Of a DNA stretch of 64,000 nt, positions 37,202-51,943 are shown in pieces. The DNA lies in the NCBI GenBank assembly GCA_964057225.1, contig OZ059896.1, positions 21,700,001 to 21,764,000 on the forward strand. The letters run 5' to 3'. The notes under the pieces were generated by a model, which saw only the letters and a list, made by a program, of their open reading frames with translations, was not told the origin of the DNA and did not search any database. Origin of the DNA: Auanema rhodensis. Its lineage: Eukaryota > Animalia > Nematoda. Position numbers and translations under genes: made by a program. Position 1 is the stretch's first letter. Every line of letters begins with the position of its first letter.

Positions 37202-40200
37202 TACATGGAAACTCAACATACACTAATGCATCATTTTTCAAACAATCATAACTAATTTTTGTATTAAGCGTTTCTCAATGTAGTATAGTGCATTCGATGC
37301 GGATTTTTAAGCTGTGTCGATCTGTGTTATCAGATTTGCGCTAGCTTAAAAATGCACCGAGATATCAACTGATATAAGTGCACACTTATATCCTCGATTT
37401 TCACCCTGAAGAATTAATTTTTTCGTTGAATAACATTGTCCATCGTCTTTGCCTTGAAAAAAGGAATCTGAAAACATCTACTTTTTGCTAAATTATTTTG
37501 AAATTTTTCGAAAAAATTTTTGTCAAAATGTTTTTGGAAGCAATGTTGAGTGTACATGAAAACTCAACATACACTAATGCATCATTTTTCAAACGATCAT
37601 AACTAATTTTTGTATTAAGCGTTTCTCAATGTAGTATAGTGCATTCGATGCGGATTTTTAAGCTGCGTCGATCTGTGTTATCAGATTTGCGCTAGCTTAA
37701 AAATGCACCAAGATATCAACTGATATAAGTGCACACTTATATCCTCGATTTTCACTCTGAAGAATTAATTTTTTCGTTGAATAACATTGTCCATCGTCTT
37801 TGCCTTGAAAAAAGGAATCTAAAAACATCCACTTTTTGCTAAATTATTTTGAAATTTTTCGAAAAAATTTTTGTCAAAATGTTTTTGGAAGCAATGTTGA
37901 GTGTACATGGAAACTCAACATACACAAATGCATCATTTTTCAAACAATCATAACTAATTTTTGTATTAAGCGTTTCTCAATGTAGTATAGTGCATTCGAT
38001 GCGGATTTTTAAGCTGTGTCGATCTGTGTTATCAGATTTGCGCTAGCTTAAAAATGCACCGAGATATCAACTGATATAAGTGCACACTTATATCCTCGAT
38101 TTTCACCCTGAAGAATTAATTTTTTCGTTGAATAACATTGTCCATCGTCTTTGCCTTGAAAAAAGGAATCTGAAAACATCTACTTTTTGCTAAATTATTT
38201 TGAAATTTTTCGAAAAAATTTTTGTCAAAATGTTTTTGGAAGCAATGTTGAGTGTACATGAAAACTCAACATACACTAATGCATCATTTTTCAAACGATC
38301 ATAACTAATTTTTGTATTAAGCGTTTCTCAATGTAGTATAGTGCATTCGATGCGGATTTTTAAGCTGCGTCGATCTGTGTTATCAGATTTGCGCTAGCTT
38401 AAAAATGCACCAAGATATCAACTGATATAAGTGCACACTTATATCCTCGATTTTCACTCTGAAGAATTAATTTTTTCGTTGAATAACATTGTCCATCGTC
38501 TTTGCCTTGAAAAAAGGAATCTAAAAACATCCACTTTTTGCTAAATTATTTTGAAATTTTTCGAAAAAATTTTTGTCAAAATGTTTTTGGAAGCAATGTT
38601 GAGTGTACATGGAAACTCAACATACACTAATGCATCATTTTTCGAACAATCATAACTAATTTTTGTATTAAGCGTTTCTCAATGTAGTATAGTGCATTCG
38701 ATGCGGATTTTTAAGCTGTGTCGATCTGTGTTATCAGATTTGCGCTAGCTTAAAAATGCACCAAGATATCAACTGATATAAGTGCACACTTATATCCTCG
38801 ATTTTCACCCTGAAGAATTAATTTTTTCGTTGAATAACATTGTCCATCGTCTTTGCCTTGAAAAAAGGAATCTGAAAACATCTACTTTTTGCTAAATTAT
38901 TTTGAAATTTTTCGAAAAAATTTTTGTCAAAATGTTTTTGGAAGCAATGTTGAGTGTACATGGAAACTCAACATACACTAATGCATCATTTTTCAAACGA
39001 TCATAACTAATTTTTGTATTAAGCGTTTCTCAATGTAATATAGTGCATTCGATGCGGATTTTCAAGCTGCGTCGATCTGTGTTATCAGATTTGCGCTAGC
39101 TTAAAAATGCACCAAGATATCAACTGATATAAGTGCACACTTATATCCTCGATTTTCACTCTGAAGAATTAATTTTTTCGTTGAATAACATTGTCCATCG
39201 TCTTTGCCTTGAAAAAAGGAATCTAAAAACATCCACTTTTTGCTAAATTATTTTGAAATTTTTCGAAAAAATTTTTGTCAAAATGTTTTTGGAAGCAATG
39301 TTGAGTGTACATGGAAACTCAACATACACTAATGCATCATTTTTCAAACAATCATAACTAATTTTTGTATTAAGCGTTTCTCAATGTAGTATAGTGCATT
39401 CGATGCGGATTTTTAAGCTGTGTCGATCTGTGTTATCAGATTTGCGCTAGCTTAAAAATGCACCGAGATATCAACTGATATAAGTGCACACTTATATCCT
39501 CGATTTTCACCCTGAAGAATTAATTTTTTCGTTGAATAACATTGTCCATCGTCTTTGCCTTGAAAAAAGGAATCTGAAAACATCTACTTTTTGCTAAATT
39601 ATTTTGAAATTTTTCGAAAAAATTTTTGTCAAAATGTTTTTGGAAGCAATGTTGAGTGTACATGAAAACTCAACATACACTAATGCATCATTTTTCAAAC
39701 GATCATAACTAATTTTTGTATTAAGCGTTTCTCAATGTAGTATAGTGCATTCGATGCGGATTTTTAAGCTGCGTCGATCTGTGTTATCAGATTTGCGCTA
39801 GCTTAAAAATGCACCAAGATATCAACTGATATAAGTGCACACTTATATCCTCGATTTTCACTCTGAAGAATTAATTTTTTCGTTGAATAACATTGTCCAT
39901 CGTCTTTGCCTTGAAAAAAGGAATCTAAAAACATCCACTTTTTGCTAAATTATTTTGAAATTTTTCGAAAAAATTTTTGTCAAAATGTTTTTGGAAGCAA
40001 TGTTGAGTGTACATGGAAACTCAACATACACTAATGCATCATTTTTCAAACAATCATAACTAATTTTTGTATTAAGCGTTTCTCAATGTAGTATAGTGCA
40101 TTCGATGCGGATTTTTAAGCTGCGTCGATCTGTGTTATCAGATTTGCGCTAGCTTAAAAATGCACCAAGATATCAACTGATATAAGTGCACACTTATATC

Positions 40201-43200
40201 CTCGATTTTCACTCTGAAGAATTAATTTTTTCGTTGAATAACATTGTCCATCGTCTTTGCCTTGAAAAAAGGAATCTAAAAACATCCACTTTTTGCTAAA
40301 TTATTTTGAAATTTTTCGAAAAAATTTTTGTCAAAATGTTTTTGGAAGCAATGTTGAGTGTACATGGAAACTCAACATACACTAATGCATCATTTTTCAA
40401 ACAATCATAACTAATTTTTGTATTAAGCGTTTCTCAATGTAGTATAGTGCATTCGATGCGGATTTTTAAGCTGTGTCGATCTGTGTTATCAGATTTGCGC
40501 TAGCTTAAAAATGCACCGAGATATCAACTGATATAAGTGCACACTTATATCCTCGATTTTCACTCTGAAGAATTAATTTTTTCGTTGAATAACATTGTCC
40601 ATCGTCTTTGCCTTGAAAAAAGGAATCTAAAAACATCCACTTTTTGCTAAATTATTTTGAAATTTTTCGAAAAAATTTTTGTCAAAATGTTTTTGGAAGC
40701 AATGTTGAGTGTACATGGAAACTCAACATACACTAATGCATCATTTTTCAAACAATCATAACTAATTTTTGTATTAAGCGTTTCTCAATGTAGTATAGTG
40801 CATTCGATGCGGATTTTTAAGCTGTGTCGATCTGTGTTATCAGATTTGCGCTAGCTTAAAAATGCACCGAGATATCAACTGATATAAGTGCACACTTATA
40901 TCCTCGATTTTCACCCTGAAGAATTAATTTTTTCGTTGAATAACATTGTCCATCGTCTTTGCCTTGAAAAAAGGAATCTGAAAACATCTACTTTTTGCTA
41001 AATTATTTTGAAATTTTTCGAAAAAATTTTTGTCAAAATGTTTTTGGAAGCAATGTTGAGTGTACATGAAAACTCAACATACACTAATGCATCATTTTTC
41101 AAACGATCATAACTAATTTTTGTATTAAGCGTTTCTCAATGTAGTATAGTGCATTCGATGCGGATTTTTAAGCTGCGTCGATCTGTGTTATCAGATTTGC
41201 GCTAGCTTAAAAATGCACCAAGATATCAACTGATATAAGTGCACACTTATATCCTCGATTTTCACCCTGAAGAATTAATTTTTTCGTTGAATAACATTGT
41301 CCATCGTCTTTGCCTTGAAAAAAGGAATCTAAAAACATCTACTTTTTGCTAAATTATTCTGAAATTTTTCGAAAAAATTTTTGTCAAAATGTTTTTGGAA
41401 GCAATGTTGAGTGTACATGGAAACTCAACATACACTAATGCATCATTTTTCAAACGATCATAACTAATTTTTGTATTAAGCGTTTCTCAATGTAATATAG
41501 TGCATTCGATGCGGATTTTTAAGCTGCGTCGATCTGTGTTATCAGATTTGCGCTAGCTTAAAAATGCACCAAGATATCAACTGATATAAGTTCACACTTA
41601 TATCCTCGATTTTCACCCTGAAGAATTAATTTTTTCGTTGAATAACATTGTCCATCGTCTTTGCCTTGAAAAAAGGAATCTAAAAACATCTACTTTTTGC
41701 TAAATTATTTTGAAATTTTTCGAAAAAATTTTTGTCAAAATGTTTTTGGAAGCAATGTTGAGTGTACATGGAAACTCAACATACACTAATGCATCATTTT
41801 TCAAACGATCATAACTAATTTTTGTATTACGCGTTTCTCAATGTAATATAGTGCATTCGATGCGGATTTTCAAGCTGCGTCGATCTGTGTTATCAGATTT
41901 GCGCTAGCTTAAAAATGCACCAAGATATCAACTGATATAAGTGCACACTTATATCCTCGATTTTCACTCTGAAGAATTAATTTTTTCGTTGAATAACATT
42001 GTCCATCGTCTTTGCCTTGAAAAAAGGAATCTAAAAACATCCACTTTTTGCTAAATTATTTTGAAATTTTTCGAAAAAATTTTTGTCAAAATGTTTTTGG
42101 AAGCAATGTTGAGTGTACATGGAAACTCAACATACACTAATGCATCATTTTTCAAACAATCATAACTAATTTTTGTATTAAGCGTTTCTCAATGTAATAT
42201 AGTGCATTCGATGCGGATTTTTAAGCTGTGTCGATCTGTGTTATCAGATTTGCGCTAGCTTAAAAATGCACCGAGATATCAACTGATATAAGTGCACACT
42301 TATATCCTCGATTTTCACCCTGAAGAATTAATTTTTTCGTTGAATAACATTGTCCATCGTCTTTGCCTTGAAAAAAGGAATCTGAAAACATCTACTTTTT
42401 GCTAAATTATTTTGAAATTTTTCGAAAAAATTTTTGTCAAAATGTTTTTGGAAGCAATGTTGAGTGTACATGAAAACTCAACATACACTAATGCATCATT
42501 TTTCAAACGATCATAACTAATTTTTGTATTAAGCGTTTCTCAATGTAGTATAGTGCATTCGATGCGGATTTTTAAGCTGCGTCGATCTGTGTTATCAGAT
42601 TTGCGCTAGCTTAAAAATGCACCAAGATATCAACTGATATAAGTGCACACTTATATCCTCGATTTTCACTCTGAAGAATTAATTTTTTCGTTGAATAACA
42701 TTGTCCATCGTCTTTGCCTTGAAAAAAGGAATCTAAAAACATCCACTTTTTGCTAAATTATTTTGAAATTTTTCGAAAAAGTTTTTGTCAAAATGTTTTT
42801 GGAAGCAATGTTGAGTGTACATGGAAACTCAACATACACTAATGCATCATTTTTCAAACAATCATAACTAATTTTTGTATTAAGCGTTTCTCAATGTAGT
42901 ATAGTGCATTCGATGCGGATTTTTAAGCTGTGTCGATCTGTGTTATCAGATTTGCGCTAGCTTAAAAATGCACCGAGATATCAACTGATATAAGTGCACA
43001 CTTATATCCTCGATTTTCACCCTGAAGAATTAATTTTTTCGTTGAATAACATTGTCCATCGTCTTTGCCTTGAAAAAAGGAATCTGAAAACATCTACTTT
43101 TTGCTAAATTATTTTGAAATTTTTCGAAAAAATTTTTGTCAAAATGTTTTTGGAAGCAATGTTGAGTGTACATGAAAACTCAACATACACTAATGCATCA

Positions 43201-46200
43201 TTTTTCAAACGATCATAACTAATTTTTGTATTAAGCGTTTCTCAATGTAGTATAGTGCATTCGATGCGGATTTTTAAGCTGCGTCGATCTGTGTTATCAG
43301 ATTTGCGCTAGCTTAAAAATGCACCAAGATATCAACTGATATAAGTGCACACTTATATCCTCGATTTTCACTCTGAAGAATTAATTTTTTCGTTGAATAA
43401 CATTGTCCATCGTCTTTGCCTTGAAAAAAGGAATCTAAAAACATCCACTTTTTGCTAAATTATTTTGAAATTTTTCGAAAAAATTTTTGTCAAAATGTTT
43501 TTGGAAGCAATGTTGAGTGTACATGGAAACTCAACATACACTAATGCATCATTTTTCAAACAATCATAACTAATTTTTGTATTAAGCGTTTCTCAATGTA
43601 GTATAGTGCATTCGATGCGGATTTTTAAGCTGCGTCGATCTGTGTTATCAGATTTGCGCTAGCTTAAAAATGCACCAAGATATCAACTGATATAAGTGCA
43701 CACTTATATCCTCGATTTTCACTCTGAAGAATTAATTTTTTCGTTGAATAACATTGTCCATCGTCTTTGCCTTGAAAAAAGGAATCTAAAAACATCCACT
43801 TTTTGCTAAATTATTTTGAAATTTTTCGAAAAAATTTTTGTCAAAATGTTTTTGGAAGCAATGTTGAGTGTACATGGAAACTCAACATACACTAATGCAT
43901 CATTTTTCAAACAATCATAACTAATTTTTGTATTAAGCGTTTCTCAATGTAGTATAGTGCATTCGATGCGGATTTTTAAGCTGTGTCGATCTGTGTTATC
44001 AGATTTGCGCTAGCTTAAAAATGCACCGAGATATCAACTGATATAAGTGCACACTTATATCCTCGATTTTCACCCTGAAGAATTAATTTTTTCGTTGAAT
44101 AACATTGTCCATCGTCTTTGCCTTGAAAAAAGGAATCTGAAAACATCTACTTTTTGCTAAATTATTTTGAAATTTTTCGAAAAAATTTTTGTCAAAATGT
44201 TTTTGGAAGCAATGTTGAGTGTACATGAAAACTCAACATACACTAATGCATCATTTTTCAAACGATCATAACTAATTTTTGTATTAAGCGTTTCTCAATG
44301 TAGTATAGTGCATTCGATGCGGATTTTTAAGCTGCGTCGATCTGTGTTATCAGATTTGCGCTAGCTTAAAAATGCACCAAGATATCAACTGATATAAGTG
44401 CACACTTATATCCTCGATTTTCACTCTGAAGAATTAATTTTTTCGTTGAATAACATTGTCCATCGTCTTTGCCTTGAAAAAAGGAATCTAAAAACATCCA
44501 CTTTTTGCTAAATTATTTTGAAATTTTTCGAAAAAATTTTTGTCAAAATGTTTTTGGAAGCAATGTTGAGTGTACATGGAAACTCAACATACACTAATGC
44601 ATCATTTTTCAAACAATCATAACTAATTTTTGTATTAAGCGTTTCTCAATGTAGTATAGTGCATTCGATGCGGATTTTTAAGCTGCGTCGATCTGTGTTA
44701 TCAGATTTGCGCTAGCTTAAAAATGCACCAAGATATCAACTGATATAAGTGCACACTTATATCCTCGATTTTCACTCTGAAGAATTAATTTTTTCGTTGA
44801 ATAACATTGTCCATCGTCTTTGCCTTAAAAAAAGGAATCTAAAAACATCCACTTTTTGCTAAATTATTTTGAAATTTTTCGAAAAAATTTTTGTCAAAAT
44901 GTTTTTGGAAGCAATGTTGAGTGTACATGGAAACTCAACATACACTAATGCATCATTTTTCAAACAATCATAACTAATTTTTGTATTAAGCGTTTCTCAA
45001 TGTAGTATAGTGCATTCGATGCGGATTTTTAAGCTGTGTCGATCTGTGTTATCAGATTTGCGCTAGCTTAAAAATGCACCGAGATATCAACTGATATAAG
45101 TGCACACTTATATCCTCGATTTTCACCCTGAAGAATTAATTTTTTCGTTGAATAACATTGTCCATCGTCTTTGCCTTAAAAAAAGGAATCTGAAAACATC
45201 TACTTTTTGCTAAATTATTTTGAAATTTTTCGAAAAAATTTTTGTCAAAATGTTTTTGGAAGCAATGTTGAGTGTACATGAAAACTCAACATACACTAAT
45301 GCATCATTTTTCAAACGATCATAACTAATTTTTGTATTAAGCGTTTCTCAATGTAGTATAGTGCATTCGATGCGGATTTTTAAGCTGCGTCGATCTGTGT
45401 TATCAGATTTGCGCTAGCTTAAAAATGCACCAAGATATCAACTGATATAAGTGCACACTTATATCCTCGATTTTCACTCTGAAGAATTAATTTTTTCGTT
45501 GAATAACATTGTCCATCGTCTTTGCCTTGAAAAAAGGAATCTAAAAACATCCACTTTTTGCTAAATTATTTTGAAATTTTTCGAAAAAATTTTTGTCAAA
45601 ATGTTTTTGGAAGCAATGTTGAGTGTACATGGAAACTCAACATACACTAATGCATCATTTTTCAAACAATCATAACTAATTTTTGTATTAAGCGTTTCTC
45701 AATGTAGTATAGTGCATTCGATGCGGATTTTTAAGCTGTGTCGATCTGTGTTATCAGATTTGCGCTAGCTTAAAAATGCACCGAGATATCAACTGATATA
45801 AGTGCACACTTATATCCTCGATTTTCACCCTGAAGAATTGATTTTTTCGTTGAATAACATTGTCCATCGTCTTTGCCTTGAAAAAAGGAATCTGAAAACA
45901 TCTACTTTTTGCTAAATTATTTTGAAATTTTTCGAAAAAATTTTTGTCAAAATGTTTTTGGAAGCAATGTTGAGTGTACATGAAAACTCAACATACACTA
46001 ATGCATCATTTTTCAAACGATCATAACTAATTTTTGTATTAAGCGTTTCTCAATGTAGTATAGTGCATTCGATGCGGATTTTTAAGCTGCGTCGATCTGT
46101 GTTATCAGATTTGCGCTAGCTTAAAAATGCACCAAGATATCAACTGATATAAGTGCACACTTATATCCTCGATTTTCACACTGAAGAATTAATTTTTTCG

Positions 46201-49200
46201 TTGAATAACATTGTCCATCGTCTTTGCCTTGAAAAAAGGAATCTAAAAACATCCACTTTTTGCTAAATTATTTTGAAATTTTTCGAAAAAATTTTTGTCA
46301 AAATGTTTTTGGAAGCAATGTTGAGTGTACATGGAAACTCAACATACACTAATGCATCATTTTTCAAACAATCATAACTAATTTTTGTATTAAGCGTTTC
46401 TCAATGTAGTATAGTGCATTCGATGCGGATTTTTAAGCTGTGTCGATCTGTGTTATCAGATTTGCGCTAGCTTAAAAATGCACCGAGATATCAACTGATA
46501 TAAGTGCACACTTATATCCTCGATTTTCACCCTGAAGAATTAATTTTTTCGTTGAATAACATTGTCCATCGTCTTTGCCTTGAAAAAAGGAATCTGAAAA
46601 CATCTACTTTTTGCTAAATTATTTTGAAATTTTTCGAAAAAATTTTTGTCAAAATGTTTTTGGAAGCAATGTTGAGTGTACATGAAAACTCAACATACAC
46701 TAATGCATCATTTTTCAAACGATCATAACTAATTTTTGTATTAAGCGTTTCTCAATGTAGTATAGTGCATTCGATGCGGATTTTTAAGCTGCGTCGATCT
46801 GTGTTATCAGATTTGCGCTAGCTTAAAAATGCACCAAGATATCAACTGATATAAGTGCACACTTATATCCTCGATTTTCACTCTGAAGAATTAATTTTTT
46901 CGTTGAATAACATTGTCCATCGTCTTTGCCTTGAAAAAAGGAATCTAAAAACATCCACTTTTTGCTAAATTATTTTGAAATTTTTCGAAAAAATTTTTGT
47001 CAAAATGTTTTTGGAAGCAATGTTGAGTGTACATGGAAACTCAACATACACTAATGCATCATTTTTCAAACAATCATAACTAATTTTTGTATTAAGCGTT
47101 TCTCAATGTAGTATAGTGCATTCGATGCGGATTTTTAAGCTGTGTCGATCTGTGTTATCAGATTTGCGCTAGCTTAAAAATGCACCGAGATATCAACTGA
47201 TATAAGTGCACACTTATATCCTCGATTTTCACCCTGAAGAATTAATTTTTTCGTTGAATAACATTGTCCATCGTCTTTGCCTTGAAAAAAGGAATCTGAA
47301 AACATCTACTTTTTGCTAAATTATTTTGAAATTTTTCGAAAAAATTTTTGTCAAAATGTTTTTGGAAGCAATGTTGAGTGTACATGAAAACTCAACATAC
47401 ACTAATGCATCATTTTTCAAACGATCATAACTAATTTTTGTATTAAGCGTTTCTCAATGTAGTATAGTGCATTCGATGCGGATTTTTAAGCTGCGTCGAT
47501 CTGTGTTATCAGATTTGCGCTAGCTTAAAAATGCACCAAGATATCAACTGATATAAGTTCACACTTATATCCTCGATTTTCACCCTGAAGAATTAATTTT
47601 TTCGTTGAATAACATTGTCCATCGTCTTTGCCTTGAAAAAAGGAATCTGAAAACATCTACTTTTTGCTAAATTATTTTGAAATTTTTCGAAAAAATTTTT
47701 GTCAAAATGTTTTTGGAAGCAATGTTGAGTGTACATGAAAACTCAACATACACTAATGCATCATTTTTCAAACGATCATAACTAATTTTTGTATTAAGCG
47801 TTTCTCAATGTAGTATAGTGCATTCGATGCGGATTTTTAAGCTGCGTCGATCTGTGTTATCAGATTTGCGCTAGCTTAAAAATGCACCAAGATATCAACT
47901 GATATAAGTTCACACTTATATCCTCGATTTTCACCCTGAAGAATTAATTTTTTCGTTGAATAACATTGTCCATCGTCTTTGCCTTGAAAAAAGGAATCTA
48001 AAAACATCTACTTTTTGCTAAATTATTTTGAAATTTTTCGAAAAAATTTTTGTCAAAATGTTTTTGGAAGCAATGTTGAGTGTACATGGAAACTCAACAT
48101 ACACTAATGCATCATTTTTCAAACGATCATAACTAATTTTTGTATTAAGCGTTTCTCAATGTAATATAGTGCATTCGATGCGGATTTTCAAGCTGCGTCG
48201 ATCTGTGTTATCAGATTTGCGCTAGCTTAAAAATGCACCAAGATATCAACTGATATAAGTGCACACTTATATCCTCGATTTTCACTCTGAAGAATTAATT
48301 TTTTCGTTGAATAACATTGTCCATCGTCTTTGCCTTGAAAAAAGGAATCTAAAAACATCCACTTTTTGCTAAATTATTTTGAAATTTTTCGAAAAAATTT
48401 TTGTCAAAATGTTTTTGGAAGCAATGTTGAGTGTACATGGAAACTCAACATACACTAATGCATCATTTTTCAAACAATCATAACTAATTTTTGTATTAAG
48501 CGTTTCTCAATGTAGTATAGTGCATTCGATGCGGATTTTTAAGCTGTGTCGATCTGTGTTATCAGATTTGCGCTAGCTTAAAAATGCACCGAGATATCAA
48601 CTGATATAAGTGCACACTTATATCCTCGATTTTCACCCTGAAGAATTAATTTTTTCGTTGAATAACATTGTCCATCGTCTTTGCCTTGAAAAAAGGAATC
48701 TGAAAACATCTACTTTTTGCTAAATTATTTTGAAATTTTTCGAAAAAATTTTTGTCAAAATGTTTTTGGAAGCAATGTTGAGTGTACATGAAAACTCAAC
48801 ATACACTAATGCATCATTTTTCAAACGATCATAACTAATTTTTGTATTAAGCGTTTCTCAATGTAGTATAGTGCATTCGATGCGGATTTTTAAGCTGCGT
48901 CGATCTGTGTTATCAGATTTGCGCTAGCTTAAAAATGCACCAAGATATCAACTGATATAAGTGCACACTTATATCCTCGATTTTCACTCTGAAGAATTAA
49001 TTTTTTCGTTGAATAACATTGTCCATCGTCTTTGCCTTGAAAAAAGGAATCTAAAAACATCCACTTTTTGCTAAATTATTTTGAAATTTTTCGAAAAAAT
49101 TTTTGTCAAAATGTTTTTGGAAGCAATGTTGAGTGTACATGGAAACTCAACATACACTAATGCATCATTTTTCAAACAATCATAACTAATTTTTGTATTA

Positions 49201-51943
49201 AGCGTTTCTCAATGTAGTATAGTGCATTCGATGCGGATTTTTAAGCTGTGTCGATCTGTGTTATCAGATTTGCGCTAGCTTAAAAATGCACCGAGATATC
49301 AACTGATATAAGTGCACACTTATATCCTCGATTTTCACCCTGAAGAATTAATTTTTTCGTTGAATAACATTGTCCATCGTCTTTGCCTTGAAAAAAGGAA
49401 TCTGAAAACATCTACTTTTTGCTAAATTATTTTGAAATTTTTCGAAAAAATTTTTGTCAAAATGTTTTTGGAAGCAATGTTGAGTGTACATGAAAACTCA
49501 ACATACACTAATGCATCATTTTTCAAACGATCATAACTAATTTTTGTATTAAGCGTTTCTCAATGTAGTATAGTGCATTCGATGCGGATTTTTAAGCTGC
49601 GTCGATCTGTGTTATCAGATTTGCGCTAGCTTAAAAATGCACCAAGATATCAACTGATATAAGTGCACACTTATATCCTCGATTTTCACTCTGAAGAATT
49701 AATTTTTTCGTTGAATAACATTGTCCATCGTCTTTGCCTTGAAAAAAGGAATCTAAAAACATCCACTTTTTGCTAAATTATTTTGAAATTTTTCGAAAAA
49801 ATTTTTGTCAAAATGTTTTTGGAAGCAATGTTGAGTGTACATGGAAACTCAACATACACTAATGCATCATTTTTCAAACAATCATAACTAATTTTTGTAT
49901 TAAGCGTTTCTCAATGTAGTATAGTGCATTCGATGCGGATTTTTAAGCTGTGTCGATCTGTGTTATCAGATTTGCGCTAGCTTAAAAATGCACCGAGATA
50001 TCAACTGATATAAGTGCACACTTATATCCTCGATTTTCACCCTGAAGAATTAATTTTTTCGTTGAATAACATTGTCCATCGTCTTTGCCTTGAAAAAAGG
50101 AATCTGAAAACATCTACTTTTTGCTAAATTATTTTGAAATTTTTCGAAAAAATTTTTGTCAAAATGTTTTTGGAAGCAATGTTGAGTGTACATGAAAACT
50201 CAACATACACTAATGCATCATTTTTCAAACGATCATAACTAATTTTTGTATTAAGCGTTTCTCAATGTAGTATAGTGCATTCGATGCGGATTTTTAAGCT
50301 GCGTCGATCTGTGTTATCAGATTTGCGCTAGCTTAAAAATGCACCAAGATATCAACTGATATAAGTGCACACTTATATCCTCGATTTTCACTCTGAAGAA
50401 TTAATTTTTTCGTTGAATAACATTGTCCATCGTCTTTGCCTTGAAAAAAGGAATCTAAAAACATCCACTTTTTGCTAAATTATTTTGAAATTTTTCGAAA
50501 AAATTTTTGTCAAAATGTTTTTGGAAGCAATGTTGAGTGTACATGGAAACTCAACATACACTAATGCATCATTTTTCAAACAATCATAACTAATTTTTGT
50601 ATTAAGCGTTTCTCAATGTAGTATAGTGCATTCGATGCGGATTTTTAAGCTGTGTCGATCTGTGTTATCAGATTTGCGCTAGCTTAAAAATGCACCGAGA
50701 TATCAACTGATATAAGTGCACACTTATATCCTCGATTTTCACCCTGAAGAATTAATTTTTTCGTTGAATAACATTGTCCATCGTCTTTGCCTTGAAAAAA
50801 GGAATCTGAAAACATCTACTTTTTGCTAAATTATTTTGAAATTTTTCGAAAAAATTTTTGTCAAAATGTTTTTGGAAGCAATGTTGAGTGTACATGAAAA
50901 CTCAACATACACTAATGCATCATTTTTCAAACGATCATAACTAATTTTTGTATTAAGCGTTTCTCAATGTAGTATAGTGCATTCGATGCGGATTTTTAAG
51001 CTGCGTCGATCTGTGTTATCAGATTTGCGCTAGCTTAAAAATGCACCAAGATATCAACTGATATAAGTGCACACTTATATCCTCGATTTTCACTCTGAAG
51101 AATTAATTTTTTCGTTGAATAACATTGTCCATCGTCTTTGCCTTGAAAAAAGGAATCTAAAAACATCCACTTTTTGCTAAATTATTTTGAAATTTTTCGA
51201 AAAAATTTTTGTCAAAATGTTTTTGGAAGCAATGTTGAGTGTACATGGAAACTCAACATACACTAATGCATCATTTTTCAAACAATCATAACTAATTTTT
51301 GTATTAAGCGTTTCTCAATGTAGTATAGTGCATTCGATGCGGATTTTTAAGCTGTGTCGATCTGTGTTATCAGATTTGCGCTAGCTTAAAAATGCACCGA
51401 GATATCAACTGATATAAGTGCACACTTATATCCTCGATTTTCACCCTGAAGAATTAATTTTTTCGTTGAATAACATTGTCCATCGTCTTTGCCTTGAAAA
51501 AAGGAATCTGAAAACATCTACTTTTTGCTAAATTATTTTGAAATTTTTCGAAAAAATTTTTGTCAAAATGTTTTTGGAAGCAATGTTGAGTGTACATGAA
51601 AACTCAACATACACTAATGCATCATTTTTCAAACGATCATAACTAATTTTTGTATTAAGCGTTTCTCAATGTAGTATAGTGCATTCGATGCGGATTTTTA
51701 AGCTGCGTCGATCTGTGTTATCAGATTTGCGCTAGCTTAAAAATGCACCAAGATATCAACTGATATAAGTGCACACTTATATCCTCGATTTTCACTCTGA
51801 AGAATTAATTTTTTCGTTGAATAACATTGTCCATCGTCTTTGCCTTGAAAAAAGGAATCTAAAAACATCCACTTTTTGCTAAATTATTTTGAAATTTTTC
51901 GAAAAAATTTTTGTCAAAATGTTTTTGGAAGCAATGTTGAGTG
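37202..51943. repeat. Satellite domain 5 (monomers 107-148): 702-bp dimeric HOR (P-Q)
   Basis: P = ACAATC, GCTGTGT, CCGAG, ACCCT, TCTGAAAA, TCTAC. Q = TACATGAAA, ACGATC, CCAAG, ACTCT, TCCAC. P and Q differ at pos 7, 43, 114, 158, 204, 269, 278. Strict alternation at 48434-51943, occasional extra monomers earlier. Confidence 0.9.

Noticed and set aside
45754-45981. 75-aa minus-strand ORF
   Set aside because: Arises from a private A>G at 45840 (TAA to CAA) combined with the P-type pos 269 variant (TAG to CAG); sibling monomers are closed in this frame.
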